NCBI GenBank assembly: GCA_030390025.1
Contig: CM059432.1
Location: 31,746,001 to 31,810,000 of the forward strand
DNA: 64,000 bases
Origin: Squalus acanthias
Lineage: Eukaryota
Direction of reading: 5' to 3'
A model generated the notes under the pieces. That model had not been told where the DNA came from, did no database searches, and saw only the letters and a program-made list of their open reading frames with translations. Shown here in pieces: positions 35,645 through 47,820 of this stretch (positions are counted from its first letter, which is position 1; every line of letters begins with the position of its first letter). The position numbers were made by a program, and so were the translations under genes.

Positions 35645-36945
35645 TTGTGATTGTGTGGCCCTACCTCCGTGCTAAATGGGATAGATTCAGAATGGATCTA
35701 GCAGCTCAAAACTGGGCATCCATGAGGCGCTGTGGGCCATCAGCAGCAGCAGAATTGTATTGCACCACAATCTGTAACCTCATGGCCCAGCATATTCATC
35801 ACTCGACCATAGAAGCATAAGTATGCCAGGAGCAGAACCAGGTGTACTTAAAAAGAAAGAGGTCAAACTCGTGAAGCTACAGCACAGGACTACATCATGC
35901 TAAACAGTGAAAGCATGCAGCAAGACCTGGACAATATTCAGGCGTGGGCTGATAAGTGGCAAAGAACATTCGTGTCACCCAAGTGCCAGGCAATGACCAT
36001 CTCCAACACGGGAAAGTCTAACCACCTCGCCTTGACATGCAATAGCATTACCACCATCACCATCCTGGGGGTCACCATTCACTAGAAACTTAACTGGACC
36101 AGCCAACACATATACAATAGCAAAATACTGCGGATGCTGACAATCTGGAACAACACCAGAAAATGCTGGAAACACTCAGCAGGTCAGGCAGCATCGTGGA
36201 GAGAGAAACAGTTAACGTTTCAGGTCGATGACCCTTCGTCAGAAGTTCTGACAAAGGGTCATCGACCTGAAACATTAACTCTGTTTCTCTCTCCATGATG
36301 CTGCCAGACCTGCTGAGTGTTTCCAGCATTTTCTGTTGTTGTTCCAGCCACATAAATACTGTGGCTACAAGAGCAGGTCAGAAGCTGGGTATTCTGTGGC
36401 GAGTGACTCCACTATCTACAAGGCACAATTCAGAAGTGTGATGGAATTCTCTCCACTTGCTTGGATGAGTGCAGATCCAACAACACTCAAGAAGCTTGAC
36501 GCCATCCAGGATATAGCAGCCAGCTTGATTGGCACCCCATCCACCACCTTAAACATTCACTCCCTCCACCACCAGCGTACCGTGGCTGCAGTGTGTACTG
36601 TCTACAAGATGCACTGCAGCAACTCGCCAAGGATTCTTCGACAGCACCTCCCAAACCCACGACCTCTACCGCCTAGAAGGACAAGGGCATGCCATCACCT
36701 CTAAGTTCCCCTCCAAGTCACACACCATCCTGGTTTGGAAATATATCACCGCCGTTCCTTCATCGTCACTGGGTCAAAATCCTGGTACTCCCTACCTAAC
36801 AGCACTGTAGGAGTACTTCCACCACGCGGACAGCAGCAGTTCAAGAAGGCGGCTCACCACCACCTTCTCGAGGACGACTAGGGTTGGGCAATAAATGCTG
36901 TCCTTGCCAGTGACACCCACATCCTGCGAATGAATAAATAAAAAA
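35645..36945 (+). mobile_element. LINE of the CR1/L2 group, distinct family (Zenon-like C-terminus), with internal deletions
   Basis: QQDLDNIQAWADKWQ, IYKAQ.RSVME.SPLAW, SLHHQRTVAA; second copy at 51050-51909; clade assignment tentative. Confidence 0.7.
36113..36347. mobile_element. Palindromic Penelope-type mini-element (two inverted hammerhead-bearing arms)
   Basis: Arms 36145-36244 and 36246-36347 are reverse complements with few mismatches; CCAGCCA duplicated at the flanks; interrupts the LINE. Confidence 0.8.
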
Positions 36946-37699
36946 TCGTTTCTAGTTCACACTCAGTATATTTTAGGAACCTAAATTGCATACCTTAAAT
37001 GAAATATTTTAATCCCTAGTTCGTGTGCACTAATATCCCTGAATCAGCAATCTTGTTGGAAGATCCTGGTGGTGGCTGGTTTTCGAAATGAGACTTTTGG
37101 CGCTCCGTATCGGACAACAAACTCTGCTCAGTTGGTAGCATTCTCACCTCTGGGTCAGGAGGTTGTGGCGTCAATCTCCACTCCAGGGCATATGTCCAGC
37201 ACATTATTGAGGCAGCGCTGCGTTGTGTTGTAAGGCGGTACCGACCTTTGGATGAGATGTTTAAACTAAAGCTATCTGCCTACTCAGGTGGATGTTCAAT
37301 CTGTGGGAGGACATTAGGGTTAGGTTGGTATTCTTGGAGGATGAGATCAAGTGGCCCGAAAAGCTGCCTTCATCTGATCAATAAATATGGTGTAGAACTG
37401 GTTAGCTGAAAAGTTGAGCTTCATCCACACAAGATTTGTATTTGCCTTTTGCAGCAATGTGCTATTCATAGCATTGACATCCCTCCGCTACATTTAAAAA
37501 AGGTAAAAATATATTAAATCCCTTTAGCCAGTCTTTGTAGCACATTAATCAAAATTTCTTAAATAATGGAGATTATATTCACAAAAATTGAGTAGTATTT
37601 TATTTAAAAATGAATTAGATTTCCTGCTTCTGATTGCTTTCCAAGGATAAGTGCTAGAAAGTGCATGAGTGTGAATGTTGGTTGAGGATCGAATGAAGT

Positions 37700-38970
37700 T
37701 CACTTTGATTGTAGAGGACTAGAATATGAGGTGGTAGAAGTTATGCTACAGCTATACAAAGCCCTGGTTAGACCACAGCTGGAGTACTGTGAGCAGTTCT
37801 GGGCATCACACCGTAGGAAGGATATATTGGCCTTGGAGGGGGTGCAGCGTAAATTTACCAGAATGATATTTGGACTCCGAGTTACACTCACCATCTTGAC
37901 TTGTATGTAAAGAATGGCTACATGAATGAAATTCTGGGGGGCAGCTTTGCTTTTCTTGCTTTATGTAAATGATCAGGACTTGGGTACAGGAAGTCTAATT
38001 TTGAAGTTTGTGGATGATACAAAACTTAGCAATGTAGCAAATAGCGAGAAAGATAGTAGCAGACTTCAGGAGGATGTAGACAACTGATGAAATGGGCAGA
38101 CAAATGATAGGTGCAATTTAATGTGGATAAGTGTGAAGTGATGCACTTTAGGAGGAACAGCGTGGAAAGGCAGTATAATCGTACTATTTTGAGGGGGAGG
38201 TGCAAGAGCTAATACCGCCCCCTGGGGGACTCCACTGTATACTTCCCTCCAGTCAGAAAAACATCCGTTCACCACTACTCTCTGCCTCTTATCTCTTGGC
38301 CAGTAATGTGCACAAGTTACCACCGTCTCTTTAATCCCATGTGCTTCTACTTTCTGTTGTGAGGTACTTTATCAAATGCCTTTTGAAAGTCCATATATAC
38401 ATCTTCTGCACTAGCTTCATCAACCCTCTGTTATTTCATCAAAGAACTCAATCTGGTTAGTCAGACGTGATGTGCCTTTAACAAATCCATGCTGGCTGTC
38501 CCTTTATTAACCCATGCTTCTCCAAATGAGAATTAATTTTGTCCTTGACAATGGTCATTATTAGTTTCCCCACCACTGACATTAGACTGACTGGCCTGTA
38601 ATTACTAGGTTCATCCCTCTTGCCTTTTTTGAACAGGGTGTAACATTTGCAATCCTCTGGCACCACTCCCATATCCAAGGAGACAGAAAAATTGCGGTCA
38701 GAGCTTCTGGTATCTACACCCTTGCTTCCATCAGCAACCTAGGTTGTATCCCTTCTGGACTGGGTGACTTGGTAACTTTGACTGATGTCAACCTTTAATA
38801 CCGCCTTTCTATCTGTTTTTATCCTATCCAATATCTCTACTCCCTCCTCCTCTGCTGCAACATTAACTTCATCCTCTTTTGAAGACATGCAAAGTACTGA
38901 TTCAGTACAGTATCTGTCATGCCCTCTGCCTCCACAAGCAGATTTCTTTTTTGCCCCATTCCTTTAACTA
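37700..38970. mobile_element. Rearranged CR1 fragments (+ 37700-37880, + 37940-38212, - 38215-38970)
   Basis: NYRPVSL and SGVPQGAVL on -; VDDTKL and LVRPQLEYC on +. Confidence 0.7.
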
Positions 38971-40763
38971 TCATGCGCAAAAATTTGAATGGGCCGCGCA
39001 GCCACTTAAAAGGACTACGCACAAAAAAAATTAGTGAACATTGTTGCGGAGTGATTTTAGCTTTTGTGCACAGTGACTATACAGTAACATGATACATGGG
39101 TTAGCGCAGAGTTATTTATTGATGCTAAATGCCAACTCCGGTAGTTGATTTTTTCAATTGACTGGCCAAATGAATGACTCCAGTCCCTTCTGACGTATTC
39201 TGGCAGTTTCTTTTGAAAGGTATACATATTTTTAAAAGTTCTTTTAAGCTGCTGACTGGCTTAGTGGGTTTATCCAATTAATTAAGCCATACAGATCAAG
39301 AAGGCCCCTGATTCAATCCCTGGTCTGTGCTGAGTTGGCTAATTTCAGCTGGGTTGATTTTAGTAGGGTGCTGCAATTGATTAGGAAATTGTGCCTTCAG
39401 TACTCCAGGGGAGAAAATTGGTCAGGAGACAGACATGTCATAAAACTATTTAACACACTGGCAGGATATGTAATGGAGATGTGTGAAATATCCTGTTATA
39501 CTTGGAAACAACCTAAATGATTGACGTGCAGTTGTCTTGAAAGTAAGTTATGAGATTGTCTTTTAATGGGTGTCCACACTGTACTTGCATGTCCTGTGTT
39601 GTGGAGTGATTGAAGTCTTTTTTGCAGCAAAGCGATACTGGGTCAGAACATTTATTTATTGATACCAAATGTCAACTGTGGTAGTTGACTTGCTGACTTG
39701 ATGATTCACTGATTCCTACTGGCATATTCTTGAGGTTTACTCTGAAAAGTACATCCTTGTGCATAACTTACTGATTTAAAAAGAAAAGTAATTGAAAGCT
39801 CCACTGATGGCTCAGTGAGTTTTTCCAGAACTCTGCAGACTAGGAAGGTTTCAGGTTTGATGCCTGGTCTGTGCTGAGCTAGCAGGTCCAGCAGTCGTGG
39901 GGGCAACAGAATTGGCTTTTTTGTCCATGTGCTAGGAAGGGAAAAATTAGCCAGGGTTCTCACCTCCTGATTGCTATGCAGTGACCCCTGTTAAAAGGTG
40001 TAGACGTTAGTGTGGACACTGGGTGACGGCTCAGCTGTGATGTGCCCTTCAGTTAACACTGCACTGTCAAGGCTCACATATAATGAATAAAAGTCAAGTT
40101 GCTGGATGGTGACTGTATCCCAGTAAGGAGTCTATTACAACTTCGGGAGAGGGAAAATAATTGGCTGGGGGAAAAAGCTTTAAAATTGCATGGATCCAAT
40201 TCCGATCGCAGTCTTCTGAGAGTGGATGATGAAACGTGCTTTGTTTTTATTTCCCTCACTGGTTGTTTTTTTTCATGTGTCCAAGAAGTAAGAGTTGGCA
40301 AGTGTCTCCGATGGAACCCTCAAAGCTTACTCATTGAGATGTGCAACAGTGACCGAGTGAACTCATCGTTCTCGTGCCTTTTTGCAGCAGATAGATTGAG
40401 ATTTGGAACTCGGCATGTTGGGAGGGAGGGGGAGTGACTCAATTTATTGTCATTGTGTACTACAATTGCAGTGAGTTGTACTGTATTGAAATGCAACACT
40501 CTTTTGTTTGACCTATGTTGCTAGTGTCCCCTCCCTTGCTGCTTCACTGAAAGTATTGAACAGGGGATCAGTAGGGACACGAACAGAAACATGATGACTG
40601 GGTGGCCCAATTATGAAGGCAACTACCAAGTGGTGAGATTGCTCACTTACATATCTATATAATATATTAAAAATCTTGCATCTATTTGCACTGCCTGTCT
40701 TAAAAAAAAAGAATAACTTCTGTCCTGTTGTCACACTTAGATTCCTATGTCCACATTTATAAT

Positions 40764-40921
40764 GAGAAGTCGCACAACACCAGGTTATAGTCCAACAGTT
40801 TTATTTGAAATCACAAGCTTTCGGAGCTTACGTGGCCCCTTCCTCAGGTGAAGTAAAGAAATATTTCTTTACTTCTCATTTTTGTCCACCCCAGTCCAAC
40901 ACCGGCATCTCCGCATCATGA
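40764..40921 (-). mobile_element. Penelope-type mini-element, second family, partly inverted
   Basis: Perfect 13-bp TSD CCACATTTATAAT (40751-40763 / 40922-40934); hammerhead followed by AATAAA on -; internal 26-bp palindrome. Confidence 0.8.
40811..40851 (-). ncRNA. Minimal type I hammerhead ribozyme motif
   Basis: UCAC-CUGAGGA-A-GGGGC(CACGUAA)GCUCC-GAAA-GCUU-GUGA: core intact, stem I UCAC/GUGA, 5-bp stem II, palindromic AAGCUU. Confidence 0.78.
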
Positions 40922-41749
40922 CCACATTTATAATAGAAGCTGCTTATGCAAACTCATGCTGTAATTCCACCCTCCTGCCAAAAACAAAATATAAACTTCA
41001 AACACTTTTTGCCTTAAATCATCCTATGCAATGCCACAGGATATCAACTAGTTTATAGAAAAACATTTGGAGATAGGTGATTATTTTAGGTTATTACTTA
41101 AGTAGGACATTAAGCCTTTTCCTTTTAATATGGACAATTGAAGATTGAAAGTTTGAGAGTGTCCTGAATTTAAATTTATGATGCTTGTTTTTATTGGAGA
41201 TCTGATGTTTGTTTGCGGTCCTGTAGCAGCTGGGTGTGTATTTTTGCTGTATTTGATGCATCCCATACTGATCCTGAGTACTTACCAAAGTAAATAACGT
41301 ATTCATAAAGTTGACAGTCTTTAGTGCGTGGCGTACGCTTTAACAGCTCCACCCTAGTTGTGACTGTGACTAAGCTGAAAGATCAGTGAGTATTATGTAC
41401 CACTTCTAGCAGTGTTGCTCATCAGCTTTTTATTGGAGGCCTCCATCTCAACCAATATCCATACTCAAAGGCTGCTCTCAGCTGTTGCAAAACACTGCAC
41501 CGTGAAGTAATGGGATGTGAACCTGTGCCTCAAGCCACCTGTCACTGAGCATTTGCCAAGTGGAGGCTAGACACTTTCTTGCAAGGTGGTAACTGTAGGT
41601 CCAATAGATCTATTTTAATAGGACGCCTCTGCTTACTGTATGTAAGCCCTGTCTTTTAATTGCATTCTTATGCCATTTTTTTCTGGAGAGCAAGACAACA
41701 GCTGATTGCTAGCTTGGTCACCATCCTGCAGTCAAGGAGAGGCCCAGAC

Positions 41750-43846
41750 TTGCATGCAGAAACATAAGCAATGGGAGGCCTTCAAATAGGAGATAGTTCA
41801 GGTGCAGATTAGACACTTCCCACAAGGGGGAAAGAAAGGTAATCCAAAGCTAGAGCTCCCTTGATGATTAAAGATACAGGGATTAAAATGAAACAGAAAA
41901 ATGAGGCTTATGATAAATATTAGGTTCATAATTCAGTAGAGAATCAAGTAGAATACAGAAAGTACAGAGGAGAACTGATAAAGGAAATAAGAGGGCAAAG
42001 AGAGTTTGAGAATAGATTAGTGGGTAACATAAAAGTGAACCCAAAAGTCTTTTATAAACATATAAAGAGTGAAAGGGTGGGGGGTTGCTGATTAGGGACC
42101 AAAACGGAGATGATCTTGTGGAGGCATAGGGCATGGCTGAGGTATTAAATGAGTACTGTACTTTGCATCTGTCTTCTGGAGAAGAGGATGCTGCCAATGT
42201 CACAGTAAAGGAGGAGGTAGTAGAGAAATTGGATGGGATAAAAATAGATAGAGGTACTTTAAAAGATTGGCAGTGCTCAAAGTAGAAAAGTCACATGGTC
42301 CGGATGGGATGCATCCTAGGTTGCTGAGCAAAGTAAGGGTGGAGATAGTGGAGGCTCTGGCCACAATCTTCCAATCCTCCTTAGATGTGGGAGTGGTGCT
42401 AGAGGACTGAAGGATTGCAAATGTTGCACCCCTGTTCAAAAATGGGGAGAGAGACAAACCAGGGAACTACAAGCAAGTCAGCCTAATGTCGGTGGTGGGG
42501 AAACTTTTTTAGACAGCAAAGCGAGACAAAATTAATTGTTACTTGGAAAAATAAATGACAGCCAGCATGGATTTATTAAAGGCAAATCATAGTTGGCCTA
42601 CTTGATTGAGTTATTTTGAAGTAACAGCGAGGTTTGAAGGAGGTAATGTGATTGTTGTGCATATGGACTTTCAAAAGGTATTTGATAAAGTACCACATAA
42701 TGGACTTGTTAGGAAAATTGAAGCCTTTGAGATTAAAGGGCCAGTGGCAGTGTGGATATGGAATTGGGGCAGTGGAAGCGTGGATATGAAACTGGTTAAG
42801 AGACAGAAGAGAGATTAGTGGTTAATGGCTATTTTTCAGACTGGAGGGAAGTATACAGGGGTGGGTATTAGGACCACTGCTCTGTTTGATACATATATTA
42901 ATGATCTGGGCTTGGTTATACAGTGCATAATTTCAAAGTTTGCAGATTACACAAAACTCAGTAATGTAGTAAACAGTGAGGACGATGGTAACAGACTTCA
43001 GGAGGACAGACAGACTGGTGAAATGGGCAGGAGAATTCCAGATGTAATTTAACGCAGAGAAGTGTGAAGTGATGCATTTTAGTAGGAAGAATGAGGAGTC
43101 AATATAAACTAAATGATACAATTTTAAAGGGGGTGCAGGAACAGAGGGACGTGGGCGTGCACGTACACAAATCTTTGAAGGTGGCAGGACAAGTTGCGAA
43201 GGTTATTTTGTTAAAAAAAAAGTATAAGGGAGCCTTGGCTTTACAAACAGGCATAGAGTACAAAAGCAAGGAAATTCTGCTGCACCTTTATAAAACACTG
43301 GTTTGGCCTCAACTTGTGTATTGTGTTCAATTCTGGGCCCCACACTTTAGGAAGGATGTCCAAGGCTTTGGAGAGGGTGTAGAAGAGATTTACTAGAATG
43401 ATGCCAGGGATGTGGGACTTCCGTTACATGGAGAGGTTAGAGAAGCTGGGGTGGTTCTCCTTGGAGCAGAGAAGGTTAAGGAGAGATTTGATGAAGGTGT
43501 TCAAAATCATCAAGGGTTTTGATAGTGAAAATAGGAGAAACTGTTTCCAGTGGCAGAAGGGTCAGTAACCAGTGGACACCGATTTAAGATGATTGGCAAA
43601 TGAACCAGAGACTACATGAGACTTTTTGTTTTATGCAGCGAGTTGTTATGATCTGGAATGCATTCCCTGAAACTGTGGTGGAAGCAAATTCAATAATTTT
43701 CAAAAGGGAATTGGTCAAATACTTGAAGGAGAAAAAATTGCAGGGCTATGGTGAAAGGGCAGGGTTACGGGACTAATGGATAACTCTTTCACAAAGCAGG
43801 CGCAATGGGCCGAATGGCCTCCTATGCTGTATCATTCTATGATTCT
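41750..43846 (+). mobile_element. Decayed CR1 ORF2 and 3' end
   Basis: DFQKVFDKVPH, KFADYTKL, LVYCVQFWAPH; (ATTCTATG) tail. Confidence 0.85.
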
Positions 43847-44799
43847 AAGTCTGCCAAGAGCCACAAGTGAAGGAGAATCAGGCTGCAAAGGAAGCCCAAG
43901 CTCTATTTGGAGTGTTACTGCAGTACAATAAGGGTATCAAAACCGGATGTGAAAGGTGCTGTATAAATGCAAGTTCATTAATATCTCCAAAAGTAATTCA
44001 TTTTTAAATTATGGAATAAGTGTAGGAATGTTCTTGTTGGGGATGCTGTTGTACAGGGCTCAACATGGCACAGCTCATTTCTTATCTTTCCCACATAAGC
44101 CTAATTTCCCAGACAGTGCATGGTACAGTGATACAGAAGGAATTCTTCCACATCCATAATGATGGATGTCAACCTGGTTCGGGAATCGGAACAAAAATGT
44201 GGATGTGGAAAGACAGTTTGTAAAATTGAAGCTCATGCCTTTTCGTACCCTAACTATTGCAACATCCAGTTGCATTTTGAATGTCTAATACTTTTATGTT
44301 GTACAATCCTGCCAGACAAGGGATTACTCTAAAGTAACTTATGTAGGGAAATGCATCCTCCATCCTGCACCAGCAAGTGTCAATGAGCAAACAGCAATGA
44401 GGTGAATGACCAATTGATTCTTTTTTGGGTGTTGGAGGAATGCTCACCGTTATGTTTTTCAATGCTGCCTTAATGTCCACCTGAACAGGAAGATAGCACC
44501 TCAGTTTAGTATCTCATCTGAAGGATTATACCTCCAACTAGGCAGTGCTACTGCATTCAACCTAAATTGTTTCCTGAAGGCCTGGAATTCTCAGAAAAGA
44601 TTAAGTTGCTCTCTCATTGATGGTGTGCTATCATCAACAGACACCCAAGCAATACTCTGATTTTTCACATTTAGTGTTATTATTGTAAAGGCTAATAATA
44701 AGTGCTGAAGAATGCAAAACCTAATGTAAGTCTTTTTGTAAATCGCATAACAATGTTTAAAATTTAGCTCTGTTGTTTTAGGGCAGTAGACCCTGCTTA

Positions 44800-46175
44800 G
44801 TGCTGTTTCAGAAAGGTGAGACAGGGAATTATAGGCCAGTTAGCCTAACATCTGTTGGGAAATTGCTAGAGTCTGTAAGGATAGTGACTGAACACCTTGA
44901 AGATTTTCAGCTGATCAGAGAGAGCCAGCATGGATTTGTAAAGGGTAGGTTATGCCTGATGAACCTAATTGAATTTTTTGAAGAGGTGACTAAAGTAGTG
45001 GACAGGGGAATGACAGTGATATTTATATGGACTTCCAGAAGGCATTTAATAAAGTCCCTCATAAGAGACTGTTGACTAAAGTTGAAGCTTATGGAATTGA
45101 AGGCAAATTATTGACCTGGTTAGGAGATTGGCTGAGCGGCAGGAGACAGAGTAGGGGTAATGGGTAAGTACTCTAATTGGCAGGATGTGACTCGTGGTGT
45201 CCTGCAAGGATCTGTGTTGGGGCCTCAACTATTCACTATTTATTATGTATTATTACATGACCGGATAGAGAGCCACATATCCAAGTTTGCCAATGACATA
45301 AAGCTGGGCGGCATTGTAAACACTGTAGATGGAAGCATAAAATTACAAAGAAATATTAATAAATTAAGTGGGTAAAACCTGAGACATATGGATTTCAATA
45401 TAGGCAAGTGTGAAGTCATCCCCTTTGGACCTAAAAAGGATAAATCAGTATTTCCTAAATGGTGAAAAGCTAGAAGCAGCGGTGGTCCAAAGAGACATAG
45501 GGCTGCATGTACATAGAGCATGAAAATGTCATGGACAGGTACAAAAAAATAATCAAAGTCTAATGTAATGCTGGCCTTCATATCTAGAGTATTAGAATAC
45601 AAGGCATCCGAAGTTATGCTACAGCTGTACAAAGCCTTGGTTAGACCACACCTGGGGTACTCTATTCAGTTCTGGGCACCACACCTTAAGAAGGATGTAT
45701 GGGCCTTGGAGGGAGTGCAGTGAAGAGTTACTAGAATGATACCTGGACTCTAAGGGTTAAATTACGAGGAGAGATTGCACAAACTAGGCTTTTATTCCCT
45801 GGAATTTAGAAGATTTGATCAAAGTTTTCAAGGGAAACTGGATAGGGTAAATAGAGGGAAACTACTTCTGCTGGTTGGGGAATCTAAGACTACAAGTCAC
45901 AGCCTAAAAATTAGATCCAGGCCTTCTAGGAGTGATGTTGGAAAACACTTCTACATGCAAAGGGTGGTAGAAGTTTGTAACTCTCTTCCGCAAACAGCAG
46001 TTGATGCTGGGTCAATTAATTTTAAATCTGAAATTGATAGATTTCTGTTAACCAAATACCTTTAAGAGATATGGGGCAAAGGCGGGTATATGGAGTCAGG
46101 TTACAGATCAGCCATGATCTCATTGAATGGCGGACAGGCTCGAGGGGCTAAATGGCCCACTCCTGTTCCTATGTT
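44800..46175 (+). mobile_element. Decayed CR1 RT and 3' end
   Basis: [30 protein letters not shown]. Confidence 0.85.
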
Positions 46176-46942
46176 ATTCAATCAGCTGTTAGAACTATAG
46201 GTATGTTTACACTATAGTAGTGGAAGCTAGTGACAGATGCATAGTTCTCCCTCTTTAGGCTGCATTTTGCAGTGTGAACGATCTGGCAGTAGGGGAACTG
46301 ATGGCACTTGTAGAACGTGGATCTGTAAATACTGCCAGTTTAATAAAATATGCTGGGAGCTAGCCCTGTGTGTTTGCATCCTGGGTCTCCGTATTGCACA
46401 GGCTGGCTCCTTCTACTGAATGTAAAAGGCGGAGCACCGCACACACTGTTCATTCTACTGAAACAAGATCAGAAAATCCTGTATTGTGTAAAAACAATTT
46501 CCATCAGATGCCTGCCTTTTGTCATTACACGTGAGAAAGTACCTTCAGTGTCTCCATGTACCCCATTGCTCGCAGGCTGTGTTAATCACATGTCGGTATT
46601 AATCTGCAGTTATGTTTCTGTAATGCATATCACCAGTCTGTTAATCCAATTGCTGCAGAGCTCCATGGTGTAGCAGCAATGGGAAGATCAAATAAAAAAA
46701 AAAAATGAGGAGAAACCTAGTTTCCTTTCCTCTCAAAGCAGTTACCCCCATGGAGTAGATTCCATATTTTTATCTTCAGATAGCTACACCATAAAGCAAT
46801 TTGCCAGTTGAGAAATCATTATTTTTTTCAATGACTTTTTTTCTCCACCCAGTCCCTGAAGCTGCTGACGTGTGGCAGATAGGGTACTATATCAAAAGGA
46901 CCAGCAGCCATCTGGTCACTCACCCCTTCCTCATCTATATGT

Positions 46943-47820
46943 GTCAGCTGTGGCTCAGTGGGTAGCACCCTTGCCTCTGAGTCAGAAGGTTGTGGGTTCA
47001 AGTCTCACTCCAGGGACTTGAGCACATAAATCTAGGCTGACCAGTGCAGTGCTGAGGGAGTGCTGCACTGTCGGAGGTGCCGTCTTTCGGATGAGATGTT
47101 AATCCGAGGCCCCGTCTGCTCTCTCGGGTGGATGTAAAAGATCCCATGGCACTATTTTGAAGAAGAGCAGGGGAGTTATCCCTGGTGTCCTGGCCAATAT
47201 TTATCCCTCAATCAACATATTCGCTAGAGTTTAGAAGAATATGAGGGGATCTCATTGAAACTTATAAAATTCTAACAGGACTAGACAGACTAGATGCAGG
47301 AAGGATGTTCCCAATGGCGGGGGAGTCCAGAACCAGAGCTCACAGTCTAAGGATAAGGGGTAAGCCATTTAGGACTGAGATGAGGAGGAATTTCTTCACT
47401 CAGAGTGGTGAACCTGTGGAATTCTCTACCACAGAAGGCAGTTGAGACCAATTCATTAAATGTATTCAAGAAGAAGTTTGATATATTTCTTAAGGCTAAA
47501 GGGACCAAGGGATATGGGGAGAAAGCAGGGATGGGGTACTGAATTTGGATGATCAGCCATGATCACATTGAATGGCGGAGCAGGCTCGAGGGGCCGAATG
47601 GCCTACTCCTGCTCCTATCTTCTATGTTTCTATTTCTATAACAAAAACAGATTATCTGGTTATTATCACACTGCTGTTTGTGGGAGCTAGCTGTGTGCAA
47701 ATTGGCTGCTGCGTATCCCACATTACAACCGTGACTACACTCCAAAAGTACTTCATTGGCTGTAAAGTGCTTTGAGACGTCCGGTGGTCATGATGGGCGC
47801 TATATAAATGCAAGTCTTTT
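46943..47820 (+). mobile_element. Deu-type tRNA SINE interrupted by a CR1 3' fragment (~47217-47637)
   Basis: Same sequence as 545-992; SINE text CAACATA|ACAAAAACAG is split by a CR1 tail of the 19942 subfamily. Confidence 0.85.

Noticed and set aside
36113..36347. CRISPR array or miRNA precursor
   Set aside because: No repeat-spacer periodicity; the arms are copies of a dispersed repeat also seen at 13068 and 25382.
38970..39045. Possible DNA-transposon (hAT MITE) end
   Set aside because: Only one putative end; no partner TIR or TSD.
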